Shown here piece after piece: positions 12,119-24,424 of a DNA stretch of 64,000 bases (its first letter is position 1; each line of letters begins with the position of its first letter). Location of the stretch: contig NIVC01000917.1 of assembly GCA_002269645.1 (NCBI GenBank), positions 124,001 to 188,000 of the forward strand, in the 5' to 3' direction. The notes beneath the pieces are model-generated. The model searched no databases. It saw only the letters and a program-made list of their open reading frames with translations, and had not been told where the DNA came from. Source of the stretch: Macrostomum lignano. Its lineage: Eukaryota. Position numbers and translations under genes: made by a program.

Positions 12119-14285
12119 TCAGTCCAGCGACGCCAATCGTCGCAAACTCCGCCGAAGGCTGCCGCCGCTGCTGCCGCCGACGCCTCCGGCGGCTGCTCTC
12201 CGCTGCTGCCTGCTGCCGAATCCGCGCTCCACCTGCTGCACCTCATCGTCAACCAGGAAGCGCAGCCTGCCGCCCGTGGCCTCCGCTGCTTCGGCAATCT
12301 CCTGTCGCAGCGTCTTCTCCTCGGCGCCCATGCCGCTACCGTGGCCGTCGGCGCCGCGCCGATTGCGCAAGTTATTCGCGGCGCGGACCAGGCGAAGTCG
12401 GGGGGCGGAAAATTTCGCCGCCTCCAGCAGGCGCCGGAGTCCCCGGCCGCCCAGACGGCAGGAGTTCACCGCCAGGCTCTCCAGCCGGCGCGGCAGGCGG
12501 GCCGCCAGAGCCCCCGCTCCGGCCTCGCCCAGGTGGTTGCGGCCGAAGTCCAGCCTGCGGCAGCCGTCGCAGCCGCCGGAGCTGAGCAGCTTCTGCAGGT
12601 CGGTGGCGAACAGGTTGACCCCGGCCAGGCCCAACTCGGACAGCCGGCCGCTGCCTCCGCCGCCGCCGCCGCCGCCTTTAGTTCCACGTTCGAATCGCTC
12701 GGCAAGGCGGGCGAGGATGAGGCAGTTCATGCGGTTGTCGCTCAGGTCCAGCACCCGCAGGTTGGCGGCCGCGGCGCCAGGCAGGCTGTCCACAATGGCT
12801 CGAAGTGCGTCGCTGGCCAGCCGGCAGCCGCGCAGGCGAATTCCGCTTAGCCCAGCGGCGGGGTCAAACAGGCCGGCCACGGTGGCCGGGGTCGCCTCGG
12901 ACAGGTCGTTCCAGCTCAGGTCGAGGTCAGCCAGCAGCGGCAGAGTCACGGGCAGGCAGCCGGCCAGCAGCGACAGGCCGAACTGGGTGATGCCGCAGGC
13001 GGACAGGTCCAGGACCTCCAGGCTGGCGAGCTGCTGCTGCGGCAGGAGGCACAGGGCCGACAGGGACTCGTCGCCGAGCGCGGCGCCAGCCAGGCAGAGG
13101 ACGCGCAGCCGGCTGGATCGCTGGGTGAGCACCAGGGTGGGCAGCAGGCCGGAGTCCAGGTCGCAGCCGGCCAGGGACAGCTCGACCACCGGCTGCAGGG
13201 ATTTGCCGACCAGCTGCTTGAAGAACCAGGCGTTGACGCCGGACCCGGTGAGGTCCAGGGACAGCGCCGGGGAGAAGTTTGAGCACAGCCAGTCGGGCTC
13301 GTTGACGGCGGCCACCTTCCGGGCGGACAGCTGGTCGCGAGCTTCCCGGTGTCGTCCGAGTTCGCCGACTAATTTGGCATCCTGCGCGATCGACTGCTCG
13401 TTCGAGTTGCTCAGGTAGAGCAGCTGGGGTGCAGGTGTATAACGGGTTACAATGGTCAGCTTCTGGAGCTACATCTGGAGGCTGCCTTCGGCTGTTTAGT
13501 CCAAAGACTGGGGGGTCGCTACACACCCTCAAATACCCCAGCTAGTGCTGGCACCCATTTTACGGCTGGGTGAACTGAAGCAATGCAGAGTTAAGTGTCT
13601 TGCTCAAGGACACAAATTGTACCTTTCAAATTGTGAGTGTCCGACGCTCTTACCGCTAGGCCTCTTACCGCTAGGCTACAACCCCGACATAGACCCTCAA
13701 AACCGCCCAATGCAGTGGCGCACTCACCTGTATTTGACATCTGAGGTGCTGGTCCTCCTCCCTACCGGCGTCGCCATCGATAAGGTGCACTCCGCGCAGG
13801 AAGGCGTCCACCCGCTTGCGCTTGCCCGCCCGGCTGTCCGGCTGCGCGAACAGATGCTTCGCCGCCAGCAGGGCGAAAAGGTCGGCCAGAAAGTGCAGAA
13901 TCGCCGAGAACTGCTGATAGAACGGGCCGCCGGCCACGTCGCCAACTGTCAGGCACTGCGCCAGCTTGCGCAAACTAGTCTCGGACCAATCAAAAAGTTG
14001 AACGAATCGTTCAGCTCGAGCTGTAGCGGTTGAGTTCGGCGTCTTGAGCAGCTCACGCACCGACTGTTCCGATAGGCAGCCGCGCGCTCGGCACAAGCGC
14101 AAGAAGTCGGCGCCGCCGATTGGTAGGCTCTGTACGAAGGCGCGGGAAAGAATCTGACGCGCGGCGCGAGATCGAGACTCCAGCGGCAGAGTCAGCTGGC
14201 CCGTGTCGGCTGCGGACGCGAGTTCGCCTGCTTGATGGAGGAGCTCCCGGGATGCCGCTTGCGCCAGGTGGTCCATGTGGCACAT
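12119..14285 (-). CDS. RNI-like leucine-rich-repeat protein, two exons (14285-13728; 13468 or 13462 to 12119)
   Basis: Exon 1 ends CAG|GTGAGT in phase 0. Exon 2 is open from an in-frame AG and carries repeated LxxLxLxxN/C motifs (LRVLCLAG, LEVLDLSAC, LADLDLSWN, LRVLDLSDN, LESLAVNSC). Confidence 0.85.
13472..13685 (-). mobile_element. tRNA-derived SINE (internally deleted copy) filling most of the LRR gene intron
   Basis: Homologous to the copy at 21560-21830. It has the head GGGGTTGTAGCCTAGCGG and a CORE/V/Meta-like central segment TGTGTCCTTGAGCAAGACACTTAAC...GTAAAATGGG. Confidence 0.75.
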
Positions 14286-14429
14286 TGTCGAGCCGAAGCT
14301 GCGGGCGAATTAGTGATCTTTAGTTAGGTCTATATACAGTTATGAGGTCCTGACATGGTCCTTTTGCTCACATCTCACTTTTTTTAAAAATGTTACAGTG
14401 CATAGCAGTCTCGCGAACAATCTTAGAAC

Positions 14430-14555
14430 GCATTGGGTCATCTAAGGACACCTTAGTTGTCTAAGGACACGGTAGGTCATCTAAAGACACGTTTGATCAT
14501 CTAAAGACACGGTAAGGTCATCTAAAGACACATTGCGTCATCTAAAGACACGTTC
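14430..14555. repeat. Short degenerate tandem repeat (~20 bp, core GTCATCTAAAGACAC)
   Basis: About 6 imperfect copies read directly. Confidence 0.8.
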
Positions 14556-14648
14556 TATGCGTTAGTAAATTAGTTCAGAACATTAGAAGGCACATAGCTA
14601 AACAAAAAACGCAAAATTGCCATGTCTAGTTGACTTAAGCGGCTAAAG

Positions 14649-16447
14649 TCAGGCAACAAACCAGGTCGGACGCAAAACGGCCAGCTGTCCATCCCAGTCA
14701 GCATTTTCGTACAGCGAGGTGTCCATCAGCGATGGGTCAGCCAAATTAAAAACGGATTTCGAAGTCGGCCTGGTCGCCTCTTTCAGCGACGGCCGCTTTC
14801 GCAGTGTTGGCTTCTTCAATGTGTCTTCTTGCAGCACTTTGTCAACCACCGGATTCTCTGCTTCGCCGTTGCAGCCGTCCAAGCTGTCCGGTGTATTCGG
14901 ACGCGCCCGACGCTCTGCCAACGAGTCACCGATAGCAACTGCCGGTATCGGCGGCGGCCTCTGCGGCAGCTTCTGCCTCGATCGCTGTCGGCTGATGTGC
15001 CGCGGCGGTTTCGGCGGCGGAGTCCGCAATCCGCTAGCCAGTGCGACGTCGCAGCTAGCTCGCAAAAACGTCGGAGTGGACGGCGCGCTTCGACAGGCGC
15101 GCGTCTTCTCGCGCGAACTCAGCGCAAGGCCACGGGTCGGTTTTGGCGGCTTCGGCGGTGGAGAATCAGCGGGCTGAGCATCCGTCTGCTGCTTCAGGAT
15201 GCCGGAAACTTCTTTGTCTTCCGCCGCTTCCATCGCTTCGGAGAAGTTTTCGGCCATTTCCGGCGTCAGAGTTGGCGCGGTCGTTTGACCTTTGAAGAGA
15301 CGCTTGTCGCTGGAAGGCGCCACGTAGCTCAGGCAGCGCGCTGTCGGGCTGTCGGGGCTTTGCTCCAACTGCCGCGCCGCTGCGGCAGGGGACAGCTCGA
15401 CAGAATGAGGCGGATGAGCTGCTGGAGTATTTTGCAGGTCGCCATTTCTCAGGCGGTCCTTCAGTTGCTGCAGCTGCTCCAGCACCGGATCGCGCGCTTT
15501 GTTGCTGTCTGCTGGTTGTTGCATTTGGCAAAACGGGAAGGGAAATGAGAGGAATAATTAAGGTAGATGTACTTTTCACTCTCGAACTCATTTTTAGTTG
15601 AGAACTCGTGGTTGGAGCTAAATTTGGTGTAGTTAAAATTGTATTGGAATCTGAGTTCGCCTTTATCGTATGTAAGGATGTACATGTACTGTGTAATTCA
15701 GATTCGCCTCGCGTCACTAGTAATAAGGCTGAGCAGAGGTGCTTGGAACTAAATACGCTCGTACATACGGTAGCAAAACAGAAGGAAGTGTTTGCTCAAA
15801 AGTGGAGCACTTTACATTCATTATTCTCGCCACTGCTCCCAAGCGGTTCTACAGAACTTTTTACTCTTCATTTTCGGAAGAAGAAATTTGCAAAGCAAAT
15901 CAGTATGCAAAACTAATTTCATGTTGACCAAATTTTTTTTGCATATCTGAGAGTAGATTAATTCTGGCATCTCAGCTTGTCGTTGAGCTTCATCAAGCTG
16001 TCTTGTGTGCAATTAATCTACCTTGTATGAGTATGATCAGATGAGCAACCAGTGCGATGAAAGATTGTGGTTTTTAACGAATGCATAATATCTGTAGTAG
16101 GAAATACGTTCATGAATAGGGATTGTCTCACTGGTGAATTACTACTGATTAATTCTTTCGTCAATGCCCGACAGCAGGGAGGAGAAGAGGAAAGCCACAA
16201 TCAACTCACCATCAGGCTGCTGAGTCGGATTTTCCGCCGACACGTCGACTTCCGCGCCGACCTCGCCTTCGTCGATGGATTGACGGTCAGGCCGGCGACG
16301 TCGAAGGCTGCGCACCCGGCCGAGCATGGACAGCGGCTTTGCCGGCATCGACTCGGATCTGTGCGACTGGCGCAGCGGCTTCCGGCCGTTGGCGGTCATG
16401 TGATATCCGTTGGACCGGCCGCCGGCGCAGGCTGTCAGGTTGCCCAT
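14649..16447 (-). CDS. Pro-rich, largely disordered protein with an MG (myristoylation-type) N-terminus; two exons (16447-16210, 15511-14649), ~366 aa
   Basis: Phase-1 donor G|GTGAGT at 16209 joins a phase-1 acceptor preceded by a pyrimidine tract, giving 1101 nt in frame. Motifs: MGNLTAC, PPKPPKP, PPPKPPR, RPPPIP, YENA. No family recognised. Confidence 0.6.
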
Positions 16448-18499
16448 CTGTCACTCCGGTCTGCTGGGACAGTTGCAGTAAAAACCCAACCTCAGCGTCA
16501 GAAGCTCTTACTTGTTTTTTCTTATGCCAGCATCTACAAGATGGGGGCGGGCTGTTTGGCTTTCTAACAAATCTGTCCTATTCTTTCTGCTGGGTCTGCT
16601 AACGTCATTTTTCTTTATTTATTATAACCCTTGCGTCTCAATGCCCTGCGGTTTGCTGGAGTCTTTTGTGTGCGCCTTTTCTTAGATCTGTGCGAGGAGA
16701 GAGAGGGGGAGAGAGAGGAGCAGAGGAGGGAGAGCTGCGGTGTGCAGCGGGGCCATAAAGCCTATAGCCACATAAGCACACACACCTGTGAGGTTGCCGC
16801 ACACCTCAACTCATGAAAGGGCCGGGCTTGAACTTCCTCTATTAAAGAGAGCGAGTGTGTTGTTGTTTTTAGCTGGGCTCTTCTTTCTCGTATCTCTTTC
16901 TCTGGCACGGCTGGGCCTGGCCTTGGAGCAACTCGAGCACAACAGTGAGCTGCAGCGCTATGTGTACGACATGGCCATTGTACTTGAGAAGACGTGGGCG
17001 TATGCCATATGCACGCCCTACCGTGTGTACGGCACTGCAAAAATTGAAGCCTGTTTACAAGGCCTCTACAAAAATACAGTCAACTCACGCCTCCACACTG
17101 CTCAAACTCGTAGCAGCAAACGGCCGCGTGGACAAAAATAGATACAGTGTCACGCTGCATTACCCAATACTCTTGGGCTTAAAAATTAGTTCCTTATTAC
17201 AATGTCATTTTCTTATTTATGAAGTCACAGAAAGGTTTCCCATTTGGGAGCGCACAACATTCTATTGTTGGTTGTCATATCTATTTTAGACTCGGAATCT
17301 ATGAGAGAAATCTCAGCGATCCTTGAACTTTTTGCCTCATTCGTATACTCTATTATACCGCTTTAGTACCCATATGTAGGTGATTCTTTCTTACAGCTTT
17401 ATTGATTGACTGAAGCAATGGATCTGAGTCTCGATGGAATTCTAAAAATAGTCTCAGCGCACTACTGTAGCAAGCACCATGCACGCAAATGCACTAAATC
17501 CATTAGCTGATGTTGAAGGCAAGACTACTTGGGATTCCATATACGCCAAGGACATCGCTCACTTAAACCCAGCCTCACGAGTCACGACACTTTTTGTCTT
17601 GACAACCCCCTTAAGGTTAAACCAACGAGCGGATGGGTTGTCGCCAATTTATTGGCTCTTAACCCCCCCCCCCCCGGTTAAACCAACTGAGCCTTTTCAC
17701 ACTGCCCCCGCCCCGCCACCCAATTTTTATTGCCTTTCTCGGACTTACAGCCTAAAGCTGCCATGTACATTTAAGTGGACTGGCTAATGTACATTTAAGT
17801 GGACTGGCTAATGTACATTATTGCTGAACCAATTAGCAAGTTGTTTACGCCTGCAAGCTTGGGCTTCTAAACTTATCAAAGTCATTTCAGCTGCCTTTAT
17901 TTCTATAAAATAGCTTATGTATTCTTCTTTGCTACTGAACTGAAAGTAGAAAGCTGTTTTACTAAGTATATATGCCTGAGTGGCCCATCTAGTTATTTTA
18001 GTATCAGTGGTTTACCTACATGAAACTACAGGGTATCGGGGTTTAACTAACAGCTGCCGCTCAAAGTGTGGAAGTGGCGCAGCTCGAAAAGAGCATTCTT
18101 TCCCCTTATTTTATCTTCCCCTACATCACTTATTCAGCTCAAGGAGCAGCTAAGATTAAAAAAGGAAATTCTCAGTTTGGATTTCGAGTACTTTAGAATC
18201 TACACGACTCCATGCAGTTATTCGAATCATACTACTAAACAGTAGACAATGTTTTAAAATGAATATCAAAAACGCGAAAAAATCAGAAATAAGATTTTTC
18301 CTAGACAAATTCGTACAATCGTACAGCTTTCGCAAAAATGCCATTATTTTATTTAAAATCATTCAGTCACAAACAACCCTCGCGTCCGAGACGGAAATTA
18401 CGAACGACTGAAGACGAAATGGCCAGAGAATTTCAAACGCAGAAAAAATTAACGAAGCAAATGCGCTCATAGAGATGTCAGCTTCTTCGGACTCATTTG

Positions 18500-19055
18500 G
18501 GGCAGACAGAGACTTGGGATTTGGAGATTATGGAGATAGACATTGGGGATCAGGGGGATTGGGGAGACAGACATTGTGGATTTGGAGATTGGGGAGACAG
18601 ACATGGGAGATTGGGGGGATTGGGGAGACAGACGTTGGGGATTGGGAGATTGAGCAGACAGACATGGGAGATTGGGGAGACAGACATTGGGACTGGGAGA
18701 TTGGGGATTTGAGAGATTGGGGAGACAGACATGGGAGATTGGGGAGACAGACATGGGAGATTGGGGAGACAGACATTGGGGATTGGGAGATTGGGGAGAC
18801 AGACATTGGGGATTGGGAGACAGGGGAGACAGACATTGGGACTGGGAGATTGGGGATTTGAGAGATTGGGGAGACAGACATGGGAGATTTGGGAGACAGA
18901 CATTGGGGATTGAGAGATTGGGGAGACAGACATGGGAGATTGGGGGGACAGACATTGGGGATTGGGAGATTGGGGAGACAGACATGGGAGATTGGGGGAC
19001 AGACATTGGGGATTGGGAGATTGGGGAGACAGACATGGGAGATTGGGGGGACAGG
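18500..19055. repeat. G-rich composite satellite (GATTGGGA/GATTGGGGAGACAGACAT) 3' of fibrillarin
   Basis: Read directly. Confidence 0.93.
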
Positions 19056-19162
19056 CATTTTCCCAAGCCCAGAGCCCAACTTGAACAAGCGGGCAGTACA
19101 GAATGTCAGCATATTAACAAAGAGTTCAACACACAGTGCGGTCTTGCCAGTTCAGCTACTTC

Positions 19163-21196
19163 TCATTTCTTTGCCGGCGGCCGGAACTGAGCAACAAGCA
19201 TGGCGTGGCCGCGCTCGAACGGCTCCAGCGTGGCCTGCTCCTTGGGCTTGAACCGTTCGCTCTTAAGCTTATTGCACTCGCCGGCGAACACGGCCTCCGG
19301 GGCGGCCACCGAGTCCACGCAATTGGCTTTGATGGATACAACGGCGAAGCCTTCGCTTTTTAGAAACCATTTGGCATTCTCGGCCACGATTCGAGCCTGG
19401 TCTGGCTGGGCCACGTCGGCGAATATGCAGTCAACCATGCCGACTAGCATGCGGTACTTGTGCGGATGCCTGGCGTCCTCGATAATTGGCACAATGTTGG
19501 TTCGGCTCTTGGCCACGTTCAGCAGGTCGCGGCCGCTGCGGTGGCTGAATTCCACAGCGTACACGACGCCGTCTGGACCGACCACGTCGCTGACGTGGCT
19601 GACGGTTGTACCGCTGGCCGCGCCGAGGTACAACACGCGGGATCCGGGCGGCATGTGAATATTATCGATGCCGTTCAGTATGCCGGCCGCCAGCTTGGAG
19701 CGGAATGGATTCCAGGTGCGGTACTCGATCTTTGTGCCAGCCTCTTCGCCATCAACTGAGACTTTCTTCTCGCCGTACACCGTGTCTCCGGGCGTCAGGT
19801 TGCGCGTGACCAGCACGTCCTCTTTGCCGCGGGAAATGAATATGCCTGCGTCGGTCGGGATGGGGGTGAATGAGGAATCAGATGCCCGATTTGCAGGAAC
19901 TGAAGGTGGATCAGAAAGAATTCAAGGGAAATCAGGAGCTGAAGAGGAATCAGAAGGGGCTGAAGGAGAATCAGAAGTAGCTGAAGGGGAATCAAAAAGA
20001 AAAGAAGGGAATCAGAAGGAAATGAAATGAAATCAGGAGTTGAAGGGGAGTCAGAAGGAGCTGAAGGGGAATCAGGAGCTGACGGGGAATCAGAAGGAGC
20101 TGATGGGGAATCAGAAGGAGCTGATGGGGAATCAGGAGCTAAAAGGGGAACCAGAAGCTGACGGGAAATCAGAAGGAGCTGAGCTGACGGGAAATCAGAA
20201 GGAGCTGATGGGGAATCAGAAGGAGCTGATGGGGAATCAGGAGCTGAAGGGGAATCAGAAGGAGCTGATGGGGAATCAGGAGCTGACGGGAAATAAGAAG
20301 GAGCTGATGGGGAATCAGAAGGAGCTGATGGGGAATCAGGAGCTGATGGGGAATCAGGAGCTGATGGGAAATCAGGAGCTGACGGGGAATCAGAAAGAGC
20401 TGACGGAGAATCAGAAGGAGCTGACGGGGAATCAGAAGGAGCTGACGGGGAATCAGAAGGAGCTGATAGGGAATCAGAAGGAGCTGATGGGGAATCAGAA
20501 GGAGCTGACGGGGAATCAGAAGGAGCTGACGGGGAATCAGAAGGAGCTGATGGGGAATCAGAAGGAGCTGTCGGAGAATCAGAAGGAGCTGATGGGGAAT
20601 CAGAAGGAGCTGACGGGGAATCAGAAGGAGCTGATAGGGAATCAGAAGGAGCTGACGGGGAATCAGAAGGAGCTGATGGGGAATCAGAAGGAAATGAAGG
20701 GGAACCAAAAGCACTGTTACTATCGATAGTTAATATTTCATGAAACTTTTTGGTAACACTATAAGATATTCGCTGAAATGAATATTCTTTTCTTACTACT
20801 CTTTAATGGGTCATTTCCTATAGAAGGGTAATAAAAAAGATGCCCACTTGGAGAACCTCAGCTCATATTAGAATATAAATGACTGCAACTTCACAAACCC
20901 GGATGTCTGGGATGCGCCTCGACGATGGTTTTGCGACCAAAGCCGCCGCGACCGCCGCCACGACCGCCTCCGCGTCCACGCGGGGTGCCGCCGCCGCCCC
21001 GGCCTCCGAAACCGCCGCCGCCCCGGCCGCCGAAACCGCCGCCGCCCCGGCCGCCGAAACCGCCGCCCCCGCCTCCCCGAGGGGTGCCGCCGCCGCGACC
21101 GACTCCGCCACCGCGGGGACCGCCGCCTCCGCCGCCGCCGCGGCCACCAAAGCCGCCGCGTCCTCCGCGTGAGCCGCCGCGAAAATCGGGACGCAT
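19163..21196 (-). CDS. FBL: Fibrillarin, rRNA 2'-O-methyltransferase; exons 21196-20899 and 19845-19163, 326 aa
   Basis: RGG/GAR N-terminus, then [68 protein letters not shown]. The phase-1 GT/AG junction restores the frame. Confidence 0.97.
19870..20705. repeat. 21-bp minisatellite (GGGAATCAGAAGGAGCTGAT/AC) with 15-bp variants, in the fibrillarin intron
   Basis: Read directly; GNQKELM periodic translation. Confidence 0.93.
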
Positions 21197-21559
21197 TTTT
21201 TATTGCTAGAAAAGGCAGGAAAGTTGAGAGTTTTTTTAGAAAGTTATTAATTTAATCTTTAAATTAAAGGTGTAAAACTTATAATACATAAGGATATTAA
21301 AAATGCTAAAATTATTTTCTAAAATAAAATACTATAAACCTAGCTATCAAAAACTTCTAGTTCTTGTTAATTGTATATATGCAACTGCTGTCCAACCTAG
21401 CTGATCCAACTAGCAAAAACTGTGGCAGACCAAGGGTAAGTTGCAAAATTGATGCCTCAATTTATTACTGATATTAATAATAATAATAACCGATAACACC
21501 TGCCCGAATTGGGCCAGATTTAAAATCAACAGCTCAGCCGCAGCTAGTGCGCAGCGCGT

Positions 21560-21830
21560 CTGAAGGCTGTGTATGGCTGTTCAGTCCAAGGACTGGGGGG
21601 TCGCCACACACACCCTCAATTACCCCAGCTAATTCTGGCACCTAATTACAGCTGGGTGAACTGAAGCAATGCAGAGTGAAGTGTCCTGCTCAAGGACACA
21701 GAATGTTCCGAGTGGGTCAAGAATCGAACCCTCGACCTTTCAGTGGTGAATCCGACGCTTGAGCTTGGGATTCGAACCCCCAACCTTCAAGTTGTGAGTC
21801 TGACACTCTAACCACTAGACTACAACCCCC
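21560..21830 (-). mobile_element. tRNA-derived SINE with an apparently duplicated tRNA head
   Basis: Minus strand: A-box TAGTCTAGTGG and B-box GGTTCGAATCC, then a second B-box-like GGTTCGATTC, followed by the central domain shared with 13472-13685. Confidence 0.8.
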
Positions 21831-24242
21831 TATTGATGATAAATAAATAAAAGCTGAATTAACTGCAACCAATGAGAGCAAGCAATCAGCATCAGCTTTT
21901 TATCTAGGACTGATGCATGAAATCAAAGGCTTTAATGGTCTTTTAAGCTTTAGTTTTGAAGCAGCCAAAATTTTTAGATATGGGAAATGTGTTCCTATAA
22001 CTGCCAAAGGCTTACCTTTCACACTTAAAATTATCTTACTGATACCAATGTTGTCTTAAGGCTTACCCTGTCTCTAATAGATTTTATGACCAATTCTACC
22101 ATAGTTGCAGTAGAGGTTTGGTTCTATCCTAAAAGCAGATATCACATTGTGATAGGGCTTCTTCAATAACAGTATTATATATTTATAATAATTTGTAGAA
22201 TGTAATTTAATTTACTTAATTAAATTTAATAATAAATTTTTGGTAGCAGTTCTTGTAGTTTATTCTGATACCATTTTTTCTTTCTAGTAGCATCTCTAAT
22301 AATGTATTCTGGCCTTAGTAGTATTACTAGTATATCTATTAAATGTATTCTCTTCTAGTCTTAAGCATTACTGAGATTAGAGGGTCACAGCATTTGCTCT
22401 GCATATTTCTTTGCAAATTGTTCTTAGGATTCCCTTACCTGAAATAAGTAATGCCTTTAACTATAAAGTTAACTAAGGAAGTTTACAGTTTTAAACTAGC
22501 AAAATACTCAAGGATTTTAAAAGACTATGCTCATGGTTTTCACAAAGTGTTACATTTATTTTCCTCAAAATTATTTTTAATAAAATAAGGTCATTTTATT
22601 ACAAAGAAACAAGTTATTTGGAAAATTGGAAACAAGAATATACTTTTTTACAATGTTTCACAAGTTTAAATATTAATATCTTTTAAGATAGTTGATAAAC
22701 TATATAGATACAACTTGCTAATCTTATATATTATATAACCATAAAAACTTATCTATTCTAGCTAATGGTTCTAATTTCAGTTATTTGTTTGCAAAAAATC
22801 TATATTTTATTGCTTTTTGCATATTTAAATATACTAAATCTCTAAGGTTTGTATGTTTAAATGAATGTCCATAATGCTCTAGTATATTACTATTTGTATA
22901 CATATGCTAATATTTATATATGAGCATAAAAGGTAAATTAAAAAAAAACAAATATAAACTAGAAGGATAAAAAAAATAATAATACCAAAAAATACCAAAA
23001 AATTTTTTATCTGGTTTTCATATTTTCATAATCTTTTTCCTAACAATTTTTTCATAGGAATGGCTTATTAAAACTAGTGATACTCACGAAAAATAGGTTT
23101 TTGTATTTTTAAAACAAGAATAAGGTGAATTTTAGGCTTAGAAGAAAATCATAAAAATGCAAAGTCAGTATAATAATCTATAATAAACTGTAATAAACTA
23201 ACATATAGTAAAACTTTAAAATATTGTTTTTCTATAGTCCCCATGCAATAGTTAAGAAGGTGGTACAATGAATGATGTCATTTTGTCTGCTGCCAGTTTG
23301 TCTACAGATGGGCAAATGTTCATGAAGGTTATGCTATGCACTTAATAATAAAACTAAATTAATTTAAACAAATTCAGTTAATGCACTATTGTATTTAAAC
23401 ATTATATGATGTAATATTTTAACTTTTGTAGCTCAATACAATATAGAAAATTGAAATACCTAATTGACTCTAGTATATATGTATATACATTGATTAATCA
23501 TGATTATATAGTATAGACTAATATACTTTTTGCCTTTAAGATAATTAAAATTATATGCTTATATTATATCATATTATGTTATGTCATGTCAAATTTATCA
23601 TGACCTCAGATGACAAATCATATCATAACCAAAAATCATAACTAGTTGGTCTCTAGTTTAAATATTATATAATGCCTAGGTCATCACATTTCTCCAGTGT
23701 TTTAATTATAACAAAAAAAATTACACATACAAAAAATGTCTTGCCGTCTTGCTATTAACTTTTTTAATTGCATACAATATATGCAATTAAATTAACTTCT
23801 TTTTTCAAAAAGTCATTTTGTCTGCTAGCAAACAAAAAGGCAGCAAACAAAATGACTATGCACTGGTATAATAGCTTACAATAGCCCTTATATACACTGG
23901 CCATGCAACTTATTTTTTTACAAAAAATGTGACTTATATATGAAGAACCCTAAAACAAATTTAATGCAATTTGGGATAAATGGGAAGAGTAACTTTGATT
24001 GTATTATCTCTATATACTAAAAAAGGGTCTGTTGGTAGGTTTAATAAACTAATAAACACTACATCTATTCTCTTTGGGATAGGCATTTTTGTGACTTACC
24101 CTTAATCTATTATAAATTATGATGGCCAGATTGGCCAGCAGATACGCATGTATGTATGCTGGAAAAATACCATAAAAATTTGTCTATCTATAATAAGGGT
24201 TGGTAACCTTTTTTCATTCAAGGGCCAGATAAGGATGGGCCA

Positions 24243-24424
24243 CAAGGGTGCACCCAAGGGAGGGGGAGAGTGGTTGCCCCTTCCTTTAGGTGTAGACTGA
24301 AAAAAGTCAAAGGAAGACCAAGCACACTTTTTGCCACAATACAGAGCTATCTAGCTCCTTTGCCCCCCTTGGGGTCTTTACTTTCTAGAATCAACCCTTT
24401 AACCAATTTCTAGTTGCATTATTG
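24243..24424. mobile_element. Hypermutated copy of the hAT-type MITE family seen at 11805-11992
   Basis: Collinear by eye with 11805-11992 over its full length; most differences are C>T or G>A. Confidence 0.75.

Noticed and set aside
12081-13418. 445-aa plus-strand ORF and similar antisense ORFs over the GPCR, 35.5-kb and IQCH genes
   Set aside because: Shadow ORFs arising from GC-rich codon usage on the opposite strand.
16788-17141. 117-aa plus-strand ORF with a hydrophobic segment
   Set aside because: Non-ATG start, no homology recognised and no exon partners.
17560-17790. Similarity to 1490-1520 (GGCGACAACCC)
   Set aside because: Only 11 nt are shared, too short to define a family.
18400-18425. 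Hammerhead-like CTGAAGA...GAAA
   Set aside because: No room for stem II and no flanking helices; other CTGANGA hits also lack a GAAA partner.
20720-20898. Possible intronic C/D snoRNA in the fibrillarin intron
   Set aside because: A CTGA is present, but no proper C box (RTGATGA) or terminal stem was found.
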